Below are positions 1 through 8,890 of a stretch of 64,000 nucleotides of DNA, one piece after another; position 1 is the stretch's first letter; every line of letters starts with the position of its first letter. A program made the position numbers and the translations under genes. This stretch comes from an uncultured Alphaproteobacteria bacterium (GTDB taxonomy: Bacteria; Pseudomonadota; Alphaproteobacteria; HIMB59; GCA-002718135). The DNA lies in assembly GCA_902615745.1 (NCBI GenBank), contig CACMQB010000002.1, positions 151,936-215,935 of the forward strand, read 5' to 3'. The notes beneath the pieces were generated by a model. It made no database searches. It saw only the letters and a list, made by a program, of their open reading frames with translations, and was not told the DNA's origin.

Positions 1-1
1 T

Positions 2-553
2 GCAATAGAAAAAATTCCAAGAGAAAAGTTTATTAGTGAAGCTTACAGAAATCAAGCTTATGAAAATATAGCTTTACCAATTGAAAATAATCAAACAATT
101 AGTCAGCCCTACGTTGTAGCTCGGATGACTGAACTGCTTGATGTTAAAAGTAACCACAAGGTGCTAGAAATAGGTACTGGTAGCGGATATCAGTGTGCAG
201 TATTATCAATCTTAGCACGGCGTGTATACACGATTGAAAGAATTAAAAATTTACATGAAGGTTCTAATTATATTTTTGAGAAATTAAAATTAACCAATAT
301 TGTTTCAAAATATGATGATGGAAATAATGGTTGGATTGAACAAATACCTTTTGATAGAATAATATTTACAGCAGCATCAAAAAAAATAAATAATGAAATC
401 TTTTCTCATATTGAAAATGAGGGAATTATTGTTTGTCCTATTGTTCAAAATAACAAGCAAATACTAGTAAAATATATAAAACAAAATAATAAAATTATTT
501 CTGAAGAATATGATGATGTTTTATTTGTTCCAAATCTTCAAGGTGTAGTATAA
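2..553 (+). CDS. pcm: protein-L-isoaspartate O-methyltransferase, 5' end cut by window edge
   Basis: The frame is open back to nt 2 (AIEKIPREKFISEAY...NQTISQPYVVARMTELL). SAM-binding motif VLEIGTGSGYQ is present. The ORF-track ATG at 125 is internal to the conserved domain. Confidence 0.85.
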   Translation, partial: AIEKIPREKFISEAYRNQAYENIALPIENNQTISQPYVVARMTELLDVKSNHKVLEIGTGSGYQCAVLSILARRVYTIERIKNLHEGSNYIFEKLKLTNIVSKYDDGNNGWIEQIPFDRIIFTAASKKINNEIFSHIENEGIIVCPIVQNNKQILVKYIKQNNKIISEEYDDVLFVPNLQGVV

Positions 554-1911
554 CTACTTTGAATATTTCTAATTTTATTTGAAGAATAAAAATAATATAA
601 GATACCAATTATCCAATGAACAATAGTTAAACCAATAAACATATAGATGTAGTTTTCTTCTATAAAATTATTTACAAATAATATTACAATTATAGGTACT
701 AATACAAACCTAAGTATAGCCATATACATTACTATTATTGCTTTTTTCAGTCCTTGGAATGATGCATTGGAAATAAAGAAAAATGGAAAAGCTGGAAAAC
801 CAAGTGCGTAAATTTTTAAGTATATTGATCCATAGTAAATTACTTCTTTATCATCAGTAAATAATCTCATGGAATCTTCTGCAGTTAAAAATAAAATCAA
901 TCCTGCTATAGTTAATATTATTACCCCAGTAATCATGGCTTTATTGTAAGTTTCTAAAATTCTTTCATAGTTTTTAGCACCAAAATTTTGACCCACAATG
1001 GCGGTTACTGCTGTACTTAATCCTAATAAAGGTAAGAAAAGCAGTTGTTCATATCTTCCAGCTGAGGAAAAACCTGCAATAGCATCATTACCAAAACGAC
1101 TTACAAAAAATAATAATATATATGATCCAAGAGCAATCATCATTAATCCTAATGCTGCTGGAATAGCCTGAAATGAAATTTCCTTAATTAAACTTAATTT
1201 AGGAATTAAATAATTATCTTTAAAGTTTTCAAAAATCTCTGTTTTATAAATTTTATATAGTAAATATAACAGACCAATTATTTGAGAGAGTATGGTAGCT
1301 ATTGCTATTCCAGTTATACCCATTGGTGCAAATAATTCAAAATTAATTATTTTTCCTGTAATCAATATTGGATTTAAAATTATATTAAGAAAAAAACTAA
1401 AAATTAAAATATTTCTATAACTTTTAGTATCTCCTTGAGCTGATAAACAAGAATTACATACCATGAGTAAAAGAATTATGATTGATCCTAAATAAATTAC
1501 GTTCATATATAATGATGAAAGATTAAGAGTTTCTGGATCATCATTTATAGATTCTAAAATTATGTTTCCAAAATAAAGTCCAAAAATTGTTATGCCTAAG
1601 CCTACTAAGATTGTTACGACAAAAGATTGTGAAAATGCATGACTTGCTTTTTTAATATTTTTTTCTCCTAAAGAATTAGCAACATTACTTGTTGTAGCTA
1701 TGCTTAGTCCTATTCCAAGTGCAATAATTATAAAATATACAGGAAATGTTTGACCAATAGCTGCTAAAGCTGTTGCAGATATCATTCTACCTGCAAAAAT
1801 AGTATCAACTAAAGAATAGAGATTATTAAATATAGTTCCAATTGAGGCTGGCAAAGCAATTTTTATAAATAACCTATAGATATCTTCATCAAGTAAATTA
1901 ATTTTTTTCAT
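538..1911 (-). CDS. MATE family efflux transporter
   Basis: 457 aa polytopic membrane protein, about 12 TM. The N-terminus LFIKIALPASIGTIFNNLYSLVDTIFAGR is typical of NorM/MATE. Confidence 0.8.
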   Translation of the reverse strand: MKKINLLDEDIYRLFIKIALPASIGTIFNNLYSLVDTIFAGRMISATALAAIGQTFPVYFIIIALGIGLSIATTSNVANSLGEKNIKKASHAFSQSFVVTILVGLGITIFGLYFGNIILESINDDPETLNLSSLYMNVIYLGSIIILLLMVCNSCLSAQGDTKSYRNILIFSFFLNIILNPILITGKIINFELFAPMGITGIAIATILSQIIGLLYLLYKIYKTEIFENFKDNYLIPKLSLIKEISFQAIPAALGLMMIALGSYILLFFVSRFGNDAIAGFSSAGRYEQLLFLPLLGLSTAVTAIVGQNFGAKNYERILETYNKAMITGVIILTIAGLILFLTAEDSMRLFTDDKEVIYYGSIYLKIYALGFPAFPFFFISNASFQGLKKAIIVMYMAILRFVLVPIIVILFVNNFIEENYIYMFIGLTIVHWIIGILYYFYSSNKIRNIQSSYTTP

Positions 1912-1913
1912 AT

Positions 1914-2744
1914 TTATAAATATCTTAATTTAAACCTAGTACTATTTTCCTCTTGTTTTAAAATATTTTGAATTTCGTGTATTACCTCTTTGAGGTTTTT
2001 CATTATAGATCTATTTGAAAAATTTATTAATAATAAGCCACTTCCTTGCATTCCAGCATTGTCTCCATATTTCATAATAGGAACTTCAACATTGATAATA
2101 TTACTTATACCTTTTTTTCTAATATTCTGAATAAAGGAGTCATTTTCCAAAATATTCAAAACTGGATACCATATTATGATTTTGGAATTTGAAAATAAAT
2201 TATCAATATTATTTAGTATCTCCTCTACTTTTTCAAAATCATCCTTTATTTCATATGATGGATCTATAAATACGAAATAATTCTTCTCTTTATTAACTTT
2301 ATTAAAAATAAAGTTAAATCCATCAGCATTTAAAATTTTAGCATTGGTATATTTGTTTAAGTTTTTTTTTAATAATTCATATTCATTATTGTGTAGTTCA
2401 CAAAAAAATAATTTATCTTTTTCATTAGCTATGGACGAAATAAATATAGGTGATCCAGGATAAAAATTATTTTTTCCAGTAATTTTAGAAATAGTTGAAA
2501 GATAATTTCTAATTAAAATATTATTACCTTTGTAATTTTGTATCTTTTTAATTCCTTCTTTATACTCTTTATTTTTATCCATATACTTTGATATATATTT
2601 ATAAATTCCATTACCAGAATGAGTATCAACATAACTTATTGAATTATTTACTTTTTTTTCAAGATTATATAAGTAAAGCATTATAATGTGTTTCATAACA
2701 TCTGCATGATTTCCAGCATGATATCCGTGTTTATAGCTAAGCAT
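1914..2744 (-). CDS. rlmJ: 23S rRNA (adenine2030-N6)-methyltransferase
   Basis: N-terminal signature MLSYKHGYHAGNHADVMKH and catalytic-type motif FIDPSYE. Length of about 280 aa fits RlmJ. Confidence 0.85.
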   Translation of the reverse strand: MLSYKHGYHAGNHADVMKHIIMLYLYNLEKKVNNSISYVDTHSGNGIYKYISKYMDKNKEYKEGIKKIQNYKGNNILIRNYLSTISKITGKNNFYPGSPIFISSIANEKDKLFFCELHNNEYELLKKNLNKYTNAKILNADGFNFIFNKVNKEKNYFVFIDPSYEIKDDFEKVEEILNNIDNLFSNSKIIIWYPVLNILENDSFIQNIRKKGISNIINVEVPIMKYGDNAGMQGSGLLLINFSNRSIMKNLKEVIHEIQNILKQEENSTRFKLRYL

Positions 2745-2870
2745 AAAAATAAAAAAAATTGTTGAAATTAATTTGTTATTAGTTATTTAAAGTATTTAAT
2801 TAATCAATATACAATATTTATATAAGTTAAATAAATTTAATCCCCCAATAATAAATAAGGAGAATACAAT

Positions 2871-3074
2871 ATGCCAAGTGGTAAAATTAAATGGTTTAAT
2901 CCGACCAAAGGTTATGGATTTATAGAAAATGATGATGGAGGAAAGGATGTTTTTCTTCATGTCTCAGCTTTAGAGGCTGCCGGTATTGATACTTTAGAAG
3001 AAGGTATGGCAGTTGAATTTGAAATCGGTGAAAACCGTGGAAAAGAAAACGCTATTAATATTAAGAAAAAATAA
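2871..3074 (+). CDS. cspA: cold-shock protein, CspA family
   Basis: 67 aa with [15 protein letters not shown] (RNP1) and VFLHVSAL (RNP2). Strong RBS aaggag upstream, preceded by a 126-nt AT-rich leader. Confidence 0.9.
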   Translation: MPSGKIKWFNPTKGYGFIENDDGGKDVFLHVSALEAAGIDTLEEGMAVEFEIGENRGKENAINIKKK

Positions 3075-3081
3075 TATTTAA

Positions 3082-3309
3082 TTGAATTCAAACAAACTTT
3101 TAGAATGGATTGGCGTAACTACAGCCATCCTTTATTCCTTACTAGTTGCATTTAACATTGGATTAGAATTTATTGGCTTTTCATTATTATTGCTATCAGC
3201 AGTGTTAATTGGAATCTGGGCATATAAACTAAAACACAATGGAATATTGTTTTTACAATTTTTCTATGCAGGTGCAGGTATTATAGGAATGTACAGATGG
3301 TTTGGATAA
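3082..3309 (+). CDS. small 3-TM membrane protein, function unknown
   Basis: 75 aa with three hydrophobic helices and a TTG start. Its end overlaps the next gene start (3297). Confidence 0.45.
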   Translation: MNSNKLLEWIGVTTAILYSLLVAFNIGLEFIGFSLLLLSAVLIGIWAYKLKHNGILFLQFFYAGAGIIGMYRWFG

Positions 3310-3545
3310 AAATATTTTTTTTATTTTTACTTTTTTATTCTTCAATTGCACATTCTGCTAAGTTAAATGAAGAAGAAGAAATGTACTTTAATTTTGTAGA
3401 TTTAAATAATGATGGAGTTATTTCTTATGAAGAAATTAAACAATCATTAAATCTTCTCTTTCAAATTATAGATCTGAATCAAGATAATAAAATTTCTCAA
3501 AATGAGTTAAATGAATTAAAAGGTATAATTGAATCTTTAAGATGA
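3297..3545 (+). CDS. secreted EF-hand pair calcium-binding protein
   Basis: Signal-peptide-like N-terminus (IFFLFLLFYSSIAHSA). Two canonical EF loops: DLNNDGVISYEE and DLNQDNKISQNE. Confidence 0.7.
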   Translation: MVWIKIFFLFLLFYSSIAHSAKLNEEEEMYFNFVDLNNDGVISYEEIKQSLNLLFQIIDLNQDNKISQNELNELKGIIESLR

Positions 3546-4285
3546 GTATTTGGGGAAGAGTTATAGGCGGAGCAGCAGGATTTGCTTTAGGAGGACCTAT
3601 AGGGGCTATCTTAGGTGTAATGGCTGGCGGTGCTTTTGACAGAAGATCTAAATCAAAATCATCATTTAACTTCAATCGAATAAATAATAATCAAAAACAA
3701 CAAATTTTTACATTAAGTTTTATTATTCTAGCTGCAAAATTAGCTAAATCTGATGGCATTGTATCAGATGATGAAATCAGAGCATTTAAAGAAAAATTTA
3801 AAGTTCCAAAATCTGAAATTCCTAAAGTTGCAAAAATATTCAATGAGGCAAAAAAAGATACGTACGGCTATAAACAAATAGCAAATCAAGTAGGAGATTT
3901 ATTTTCAGCTAATAAAATTTTATTGGAAGAATTATTAAATAATTTATTTTATATTGCTGCATCTGATGGAAAGGTATCTATTAGTGAAATAGATTTTTTA
4001 AGATCAATTTCTAAATCGTTTAAATTTACTGAAAAAGATTTTCAAAGAATTTTTCAATCAAATTTAAAAAATAGTGAATCTGATCCTTACAAAATATTGG
4101 GTGTGAATAGATCAAGTACTGATAATGAGATAAGAAAAAAATGGATAAAATTAAATAAAGAACATCACCCAGATAATTTAATTGCTAAAGGTATGCCTAA
4201 GGAATTTATTAAACAATCTAATAAAGAATTAGCGGCTATTAATATTGCTTACGATAAAATTAAAGAAACTAGAGGAATTTCTTGA
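3542..4285 (+). CDS. djlA: DjlA-type co-chaperone (Gly-rich TM anchor, TerB-like middle region, C-terminal J domain)
   Basis: Gly-rich N-terminal TM segment. C-terminal J domain DPYKILGVNRSSTDNEIRKKWIKLNKEHHPDN contains the HPD motif. Confidence 0.8.
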   Translation: MSIWGRVIGGAAGFALGGPIGAILGVMAGGAFDRRSKSKSSFNFNRINNNQKQQIFTLSFIILAAKLAKSDGIVSDDEIRAFKEKFKVPKSEIPKVAKIFNEAKKDTYGYKQIANQVGDLFSANKILLEELLNNLFYIAASDGKVSISEIDFLRSISKSFKFTEKDFQRIFQSNLKNSESDPYKILGVNRSSTDNEIRKKWIKLNKEHHPDNLIAKGMPKEFIKQSNKELAAINIAYDKIKETRGIS

Positions 4286-5253
4286 TACCTAAAGATTTAT
4301 CTGTCGATAATATTAGTAAAATTTATAAAAAAATTAGACCATTTATTAATCAAACCCCTTTTTTAAAGTGTCCTAATGATATTGATAATTATTTTTCTAC
4401 TAATTTATTTTTTAAATGCGAATTTTTACAAAAATCTGGTTCATTTAAGGCAAGAGGTGCTATTAATAATATAATATCTCAAGATCACAATAAATTTAAT
4501 AAAGGAATTACAGCAGTTAGTGCTGGAAATCATGCGATAGCTGCTTCATTTGTGGCCAATCAATTTAAATTGAAAAATAAAATTTTCTTATACGAAAGTG
4601 CAAATAAATATAGAGTTCAAACTTGTAAAAATTATGGTGCTAACATTATCTTTACAAATCCAAAACAAGCTTTTCTTGATGCTGAAAATGCTAAAAATGA
4701 AGGTTACTATTTTATTCACCCTTTTGACGGCCCATTGACATTACAAGGTAGTGCTACCTTGGGATTAGAAATTGTAGAATATTTAAAGTTAATTAATACT
4801 AAAATTGACAATTTACTAATTTCAGTTGGAGGAGGGGGATTAATAAGTGGAGTTTCATCGTATATAAAACAATTTTATCCTAAGATTAAAATTATTGGTG
4901 TTGAACCTGAAAATGCTAATGGATTAAATCAAAGTTTAAGAGCTAACAAACCACTAAATAATGTTAATGTAAATAGTATTGCTGACAGTCTTTCAGCACC
5001 TTTACATATGCAATATTCTTTTGATGTAGCAAAAGAAGTAATTGATGAAATGGTAACTGTTTCTGATGATGAAATGAAAAAATTTATGGTTTTTTGTTAT
5101 AAAAAATTTAAGTTATTTCTTGAGCCCGCATGTGTTGCTGGACTTGCTGCTTTAAAATATAAAATCAGTAATAAGCTTATTGGCAAAAATACAATGGTGA
5201 TATTGTGTGGCTCAAATATTGATAAAAAAACATGGTCAGATTTAACTAATTAA
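4282..5253 (+). CDS. PLP-dependent threonine/serine dehydratase family enzyme (fold type II)
   Basis: Lys motif FLQKSGSFKARGA and glycine loop SVGGGGLISG. TTG start overlaps the djlA stop. Confidence 0.75.
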   Translation: MIPKDLSVDNISKIYKKIRPFINQTPFLKCPNDIDNYFSTNLFFKCEFLQKSGSFKARGAINNIISQDHNKFNKGITAVSAGNHAIAASFVANQFKLKNKIFLYESANKYRVQTCKNYGANIIFTNPKQAFLDAENAKNEGYYFIHPFDGPLTLQGSATLGLEIVEYLKLINTKIDNLLISVGGGGLISGVSSYIKQFYPKIKIIGVEPENANGLNQSLRANKPLNNVNVNSIADSLSAPLHMQYSFDVAKEVIDEMVTVSDDEMKKFMVFCYKKFKLFLEPACVAGLAALKYKISNKLIGKNTMVILCGSNIDKKTWSDLTN

Positions 5254-6356
5254 TCTGGAAAATATAAAATACCACCACTTAAATTTTTTTTCACACCTGT
5301 AGTATTTTTATTACTTATTTCTAAATTTTTAAATGATCTCATGCCAATATACGCAAACATTTGAGCTTCTACTAAATCACCATTTATTTTATATTTATCA
5401 ATAAGTTCAATTTTTTTATTCAGTTTATTCATTAATATTTCTTTGAGTAATTTATTTTTTCTTCCTCCTCCAGTAAGTAAGATTCTTTCAATCTTAAATT
5501 TTTTATTTTTTAATAATTCTTTAAATCCAATATAAGTCATGTAGTTAGCAGTCATTAGCGCATCATATTTGTTCAATTTAATTAGCTTATTAAAATAATT
5601 TCTAAAATAATTTCTATCTAATGATTTTGGGAACTTTTTCTTAAAGAATTTATCTTTTTTGAATTTTTCGATTAATTTATTATCAATCTTACCTTTTCTT
5701 GCATAATTTCCATCATTATCAAATTTTTTTTTAAAAAAATAATTGCAAAGATCATCACTTAAGCAATTTGCAGGCCCTATATCCGATGATAATAATGTTC
5801 TTGAAACTAAAGTTGAAAAATTTGCTATACCTCCAAGATTTACTATAATCGCTTTTTCCTTAAATTTTTGTATTAAAAACTTATGATAATATGATCCAAT
5901 TGGTGCTCCCTGACCACCATTTTTAATATCATTATCTCTTAAATTACTTATAGTTTTAACTTTAAGATTTTTTGCAATTTTTTTTCCATTTCCTAATTGT
6001 ATAGATATTTTATTCGATGGGTCGTGGTAAACAGTCTGTCCACTAATTGATATTAAATCGATATTTTTTTTATTAATTTTTTTTTGTTTCAGAAATAAAA
6101 TTATTTTTTTTTCTAAAATATCTGTAACGAAATCATCTTTTTTTAAAAAATATTCTTTAATTTTATTATTATTTTTTGGTTTATTTAATATTAGATCATT
6201 TATTATATTTTGATAATTTTTATCAAATTTATATGATTCTTCACATTTAATTTTTACAAAGTCAGTGCCATTTGTATTAATCAAACTGATATCAACGCCA
6301 TCCATTGATGTGCCTGTCATAACTCCTAAGACATTAAGATTTGAATTTTTACTCAT
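5250..6356 (-). CDS. anmK: anhydro-N-acetylmuramic acid kinase
   Basis: N-terminus GVMTGTSMDGVDISL, plus NLGGIAN and LTGGG motifs typical of AnmK. 368 aa. Confidence 0.85.
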   Translation of the reverse strand: MSKNSNLNVLGVMTGTSMDGVDISLINTNGTDFVKIKCEESYKFDKNYQNIINDLILNKPKNNNKIKEYFLKKDDFVTDILEKKIILFLKQKKINKKNIDLISISGQTVYHDPSNKISIQLGNGKKIAKNLKVKTISNLRDNDIKNGGQGAPIGSYYHKFLIQKFKEKAIIVNLGGIANFSTLVSRTLLSSDIGPANCLSDDLCNYFFKKKFDNDGNYARKGKIDNKLIEKFKKDKFFKKKFPKSLDRNYFRNYFNKLIKLNKYDALMTANYMTYIGFKELLKNKKFKIERILLTGGGRKNKLLKEILMNKLNKKIELIDKYKINGDLVEAQMFAYIGMRSFKNLEISNKNTTGVKKNLSGGILYFPD

Positions 6357-6477
6357 TTTTAATCAAATTTAATTTTGCACATTTTATTAACAAACATATC
6401 AACAAAAAAAGATTATTTACTTTTAAAAATACATTTTTTTATTGATTGATAAATAACAAATAGATAAATTATTTTTA

Positions 6478-6591
6478 ATTATTACACGCAAAGGTAATAA
6501 TCAATTTAATAAAAGGAAACGATTATTAAATTGTATCGGGAGGAAATGCACGATACACAAAAGGGACCTAGCTTGCTGGGTCCTTTTTTTT
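6478..6591 (+). promoter_or_regulatory. candidate structured leader RNA / attenuator upstream of the deaminase gene (class unassigned)
   Basis: A 279-nt gap in an otherwise gapless genome. It contains mutually exclusive AT-rich helices (6478-6485/6494-6501 versus 6496-6502/6521-6527), the hairpin GTATCG..CGATAC (6533-6556), and an intrinsic terminator 45 nt before the ATG at 6636. Confidence 0.3.
6560..6591 (+). terminator. rho-independent terminator
   Basis: aaagggacctag-CTTG-ctgggtccttt stem-loop followed by a T8 run, read directly from the sequence. Confidence 0.65.
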
Positions 6592-6635
6592 GTTTTATGG
6601 ACAAATCTAATAAATAAAGTATCAGACATTTCATA

Positions 6636-7208
6636 ATGATAACAAATTATGAAAGAATTTTAGATATTATTTTAGATGATCTAATCCCATTAACAAAAAT
6701 TTCAATTAATGAAGGAAATAAAATATTTGGCGGATTTATTGTTAAAAAATCTGACCTAAGCCTTATTTGTCTAGGTATAAACCAGGAAATCAAAAATCCT
6801 TTATTTCATGGAGAAATTTCAACTCTTTTTAATTTATTTGAAAAAAAACTATTTAATACAAAAGATTATTACTTCATAAGTACACATCAGCCTTGTTCTA
6901 TGTGTTTATCAGCTATAACTTGGGCTGGATTTGACAATTTTTACTATTTTTTTTCCTATACCGACACAAAGGAAGGTTTTCATATTCCGCACGATCTTAA
7001 AATTTTGATGGAGGTATTTAAAATCAAAGATGGTAAATACAATATTAATAACGATTATTGGGAGAGTTACTCAATTTTATCAGAAATTAAAAGATTAGGT
7101 ATAGAGAGCTCATTATCAGATAAAATTTATCAGATCAAAGAAGAGTACCAAAAAATGTCAGAAATTTATCAAAAATCAAAAATTGATAATAAAATTCCTC
7201 TAAATTAA
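6636..7208 (+). CDS. CDA-fold (CMP/dCMP-type) zinc deaminase family protein
   Basis: Zinc motifs HGE (FHGEIS) and PCSMC (HQPCSMCLSAITWAG). C-terminal helical extension; substrate unknown. Confidence 0.7.
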   Translation: MITNYERILDIILDDLIPLTKISINEGNKIFGGFIVKKSDLSLICLGINQEIKNPLFHGEISTLFNLFEKKLFNTKDYYFISTHQPCSMCLSAITWAGFDNFYYFFSYTDTKEGFHIPHDLKILMEVFKIKDGKYNINNDYWESYSILSEIKRLGIESSLSDKIYQIKEEYQKMSEIYQKSKIDNKIPLN

Positions 7209-7243
7209 TTGTTAAATTATAAAAATAAGTATACAAATAATTA

Positions 7244-7384
7244 GCGGGAGATACTGAAATTTCAGAGCCGAAGGAGCAACGACCCGGAAACTCTCAGGCA
7301 CAATGGACCGTTAAAAAAAAACTCTGGAAAAGAGCATCTAGCTCTACCGAAGGTGAAAAGCTCTCAGGTAAAAAGACAGAGGGG
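7244..7384 (+). promoter_or_regulatory. tandem glycine riboswitch (two aptamers)
   Basis: Aptamer 1: gcgggagat...gccgaaggagcaac...ctctcaggcacaatggaccgt. Aptamer 2: ctctggaaaagag...taccgaaggtgaaaa..ctctcaggtaaaaagacagag. It lies directly upstream of gcvT, with the RBS ggag at 7391. Confidence 0.9.
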
Positions 7385-7401
7385 TAGCTTGGAGAATTTA
7401 T

Positions 7402-8526
7402 TTGAACCAGTTACCATTAGACATTCCGCTGAAAAATTTTCATCAAAATAATGGTGCAAAGATATTGCCATTTGCAGGTTTTAATATGCCTATTAATTAT
7501 AAAACTGGGATAATTAATGAACACAAAAATGTCAGAAACCACTCTGGTATTTTTGATGTTAGTCATATGGGGCAAATTTTAATTGAAAATAATGAATCTT
7601 ATTTACATAAATTAGAAAAATATATTCCATTACAATTAAATAAATTAATAAAAAATAGATCGCATTATTCATTTTTGCTCAATAAAGATGGCGGTGTTAT
7701 TGATGATCTAATTGTTTCAAACATTGATATCAAAGATAAGTCATATTTATATATTGTTTATAATGCATCTCGAAAAAAAGAAGATGAAGAAATTTTTATT
7801 TCTTGCGCTCCTAATGCAGAAAAAATTTATAACAAAAATTGTTTATTTGCAATCCAGGGACCTGACTCTATTAATGTTTTAAAAAATATTATTGATATTC
7901 CAAATAATATGAATTTTTTTGATATTTTAATAAGTAAATACAATAACAATGAAATAATAGTAAGTAGATCGGGTTATACTGGTGAAGATGGTTTTGAACT
8001 TTCTATTCCAAATGAAAGTGCAGAAAATTTAATTACTCATTTACTTAAAAATGAAAATACAATGCTTTGTGGGTTAGGCTCTAGAGATTCATTAAGACTC
8101 GAGGCTGGATTGAGTTTATATGGTCATGAATTAAATGAAAATATTACACCAATTGAAGCTGGTTTATCATGGGCTTTAGATAAAGAAAGATTAGAAGATG
8201 AAAATTTAAATGGAAATAAAGTTTTATCTGATCAATTAAAAAATAAACTATCTAATAAAAAAATAGGTTTAATTTCTACCAGTAAATCAATGCTAAGAGA
8301 TGGAATGACATTATTTGATAATAATAATAATGAAATTGGCAAAATTACAAGTGGATGTTTTTCTCCTAATCTAAATAAATCTATTGCTATTGGGTATATT
8401 ATATCTGAATTCAATACTGATAATCCAATTTTTTGTGAAATTAGAAAAAAATTAGAATTAGTAAAAATTAATAATCTACCTTTTGTAAAAAAAAATTATA
8501 AAAAAAATGGGAGCATATATGAGTGA
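7402..8526 (+). CDS. gcvT: glycine cleavage system aminomethyltransferase (T protein)
   Basis: GAKILPFAGFNMPINY, GIFDVSHMG and SRSGYTGEDGFELS motifs. TTG start 8 nt after ggag. Confidence 0.9.
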   Translation: MNQLPLDIPLKNFHQNNGAKILPFAGFNMPINYKTGIINEHKNVRNHSGIFDVSHMGQILIENNESYLHKLEKYIPLQLNKLIKNRSHYSFLLNKDGGVIDDLIVSNIDIKDKSYLYIVYNASRKKEDEEIFISCAPNAEKIYNKNCLFAIQGPDSINVLKNIIDIPNNMNFFDILISKYNNNEIIVSRSGYTGEDGFELSIPNESAENLITHLLKNENTMLCGLGSRDSLRLEAGLSLYGHELNENITPIEAGLSWALDKERLEDENLNGNKVLSDQLKNKLSNKKIGLISTSKSMLRDGMTLFDNNNNEIGKITSGCFSPNLNKSIAIGYIISEFNTDNPIFCEIRKKLELVKINNLPFVKKNYKKNGSIYE

Positions 8527-8890
8527 AAAAAAATACACAAAAGATCATGAATGGGTTTCAATTGAAAATGAAATTGCTACGATTGGTATTAGCAATCATG
8601 CCCAAGATTCTCTTGGTGATATTGTATTTATTGAATTACCATCAGTTGGAAATTCGGTAAAAGCAAAAGATGAAATATGCGTCGTTGAATCTGTAAAAGC
8701 AGCTTCTGATATTTATGCTCCAATAGATGGTGAAATAATTGAAGTTAATAATAATCTAGAAAATGATGCTGCTATTATTAATCAAGATGCAGAAAACAAG
8801 GGATGGATTTTTAAAATGAAAATTTCTGATTCAAATCAATATTCTGAACTTATGTCAGAAGATGAGTATAAACAATTTTTGGAACAATAG
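8519..8890 (+). CDS. gcvH: glycine cleavage system H protein
   Basis: Lipoyl-lysine motif VVESVKAASD and N-terminus YTKDHEWV. I prefer the ATG at 8519, preceded by gggag, over the ORF-track start at 8507. Confidence 0.9.
   Translation: MSEKKYTKDHEWVSIENEIATIGISNHAQDSLGDIVFIELPSVGNSVKAKDEICVVESVKAASDIYAPIDGEIIEVNNNLENDAAIINQDAENKGWIFKMKISDSNQYSELMSEDEYKQFLEQ

Noticed and set aside
3466-3675. 69-aa ORF on the minus strand with a Pro/Ala-rich sequence
   Set aside because: It lies antisense to the EF-hand/DjlA junction. Its odd composition simply mirrors the Gly/Ala-rich DjlA N-terminus. It has no RBS and leaves no room for an independent gene.
6546-6617. 23-codon ORF (MHDTQKGPSLLGPFFCFMDKSNK) preceded by GGAGG in the leader region, considered as a possible leader peptide
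   Set aside because: The SD-to-ATG spacing is only 2 nt. The ORF reads straight through the terminator hairpin and T-tract, so its sequence is dictated by that structure. There is no enrichment of any regulatory amino acid.
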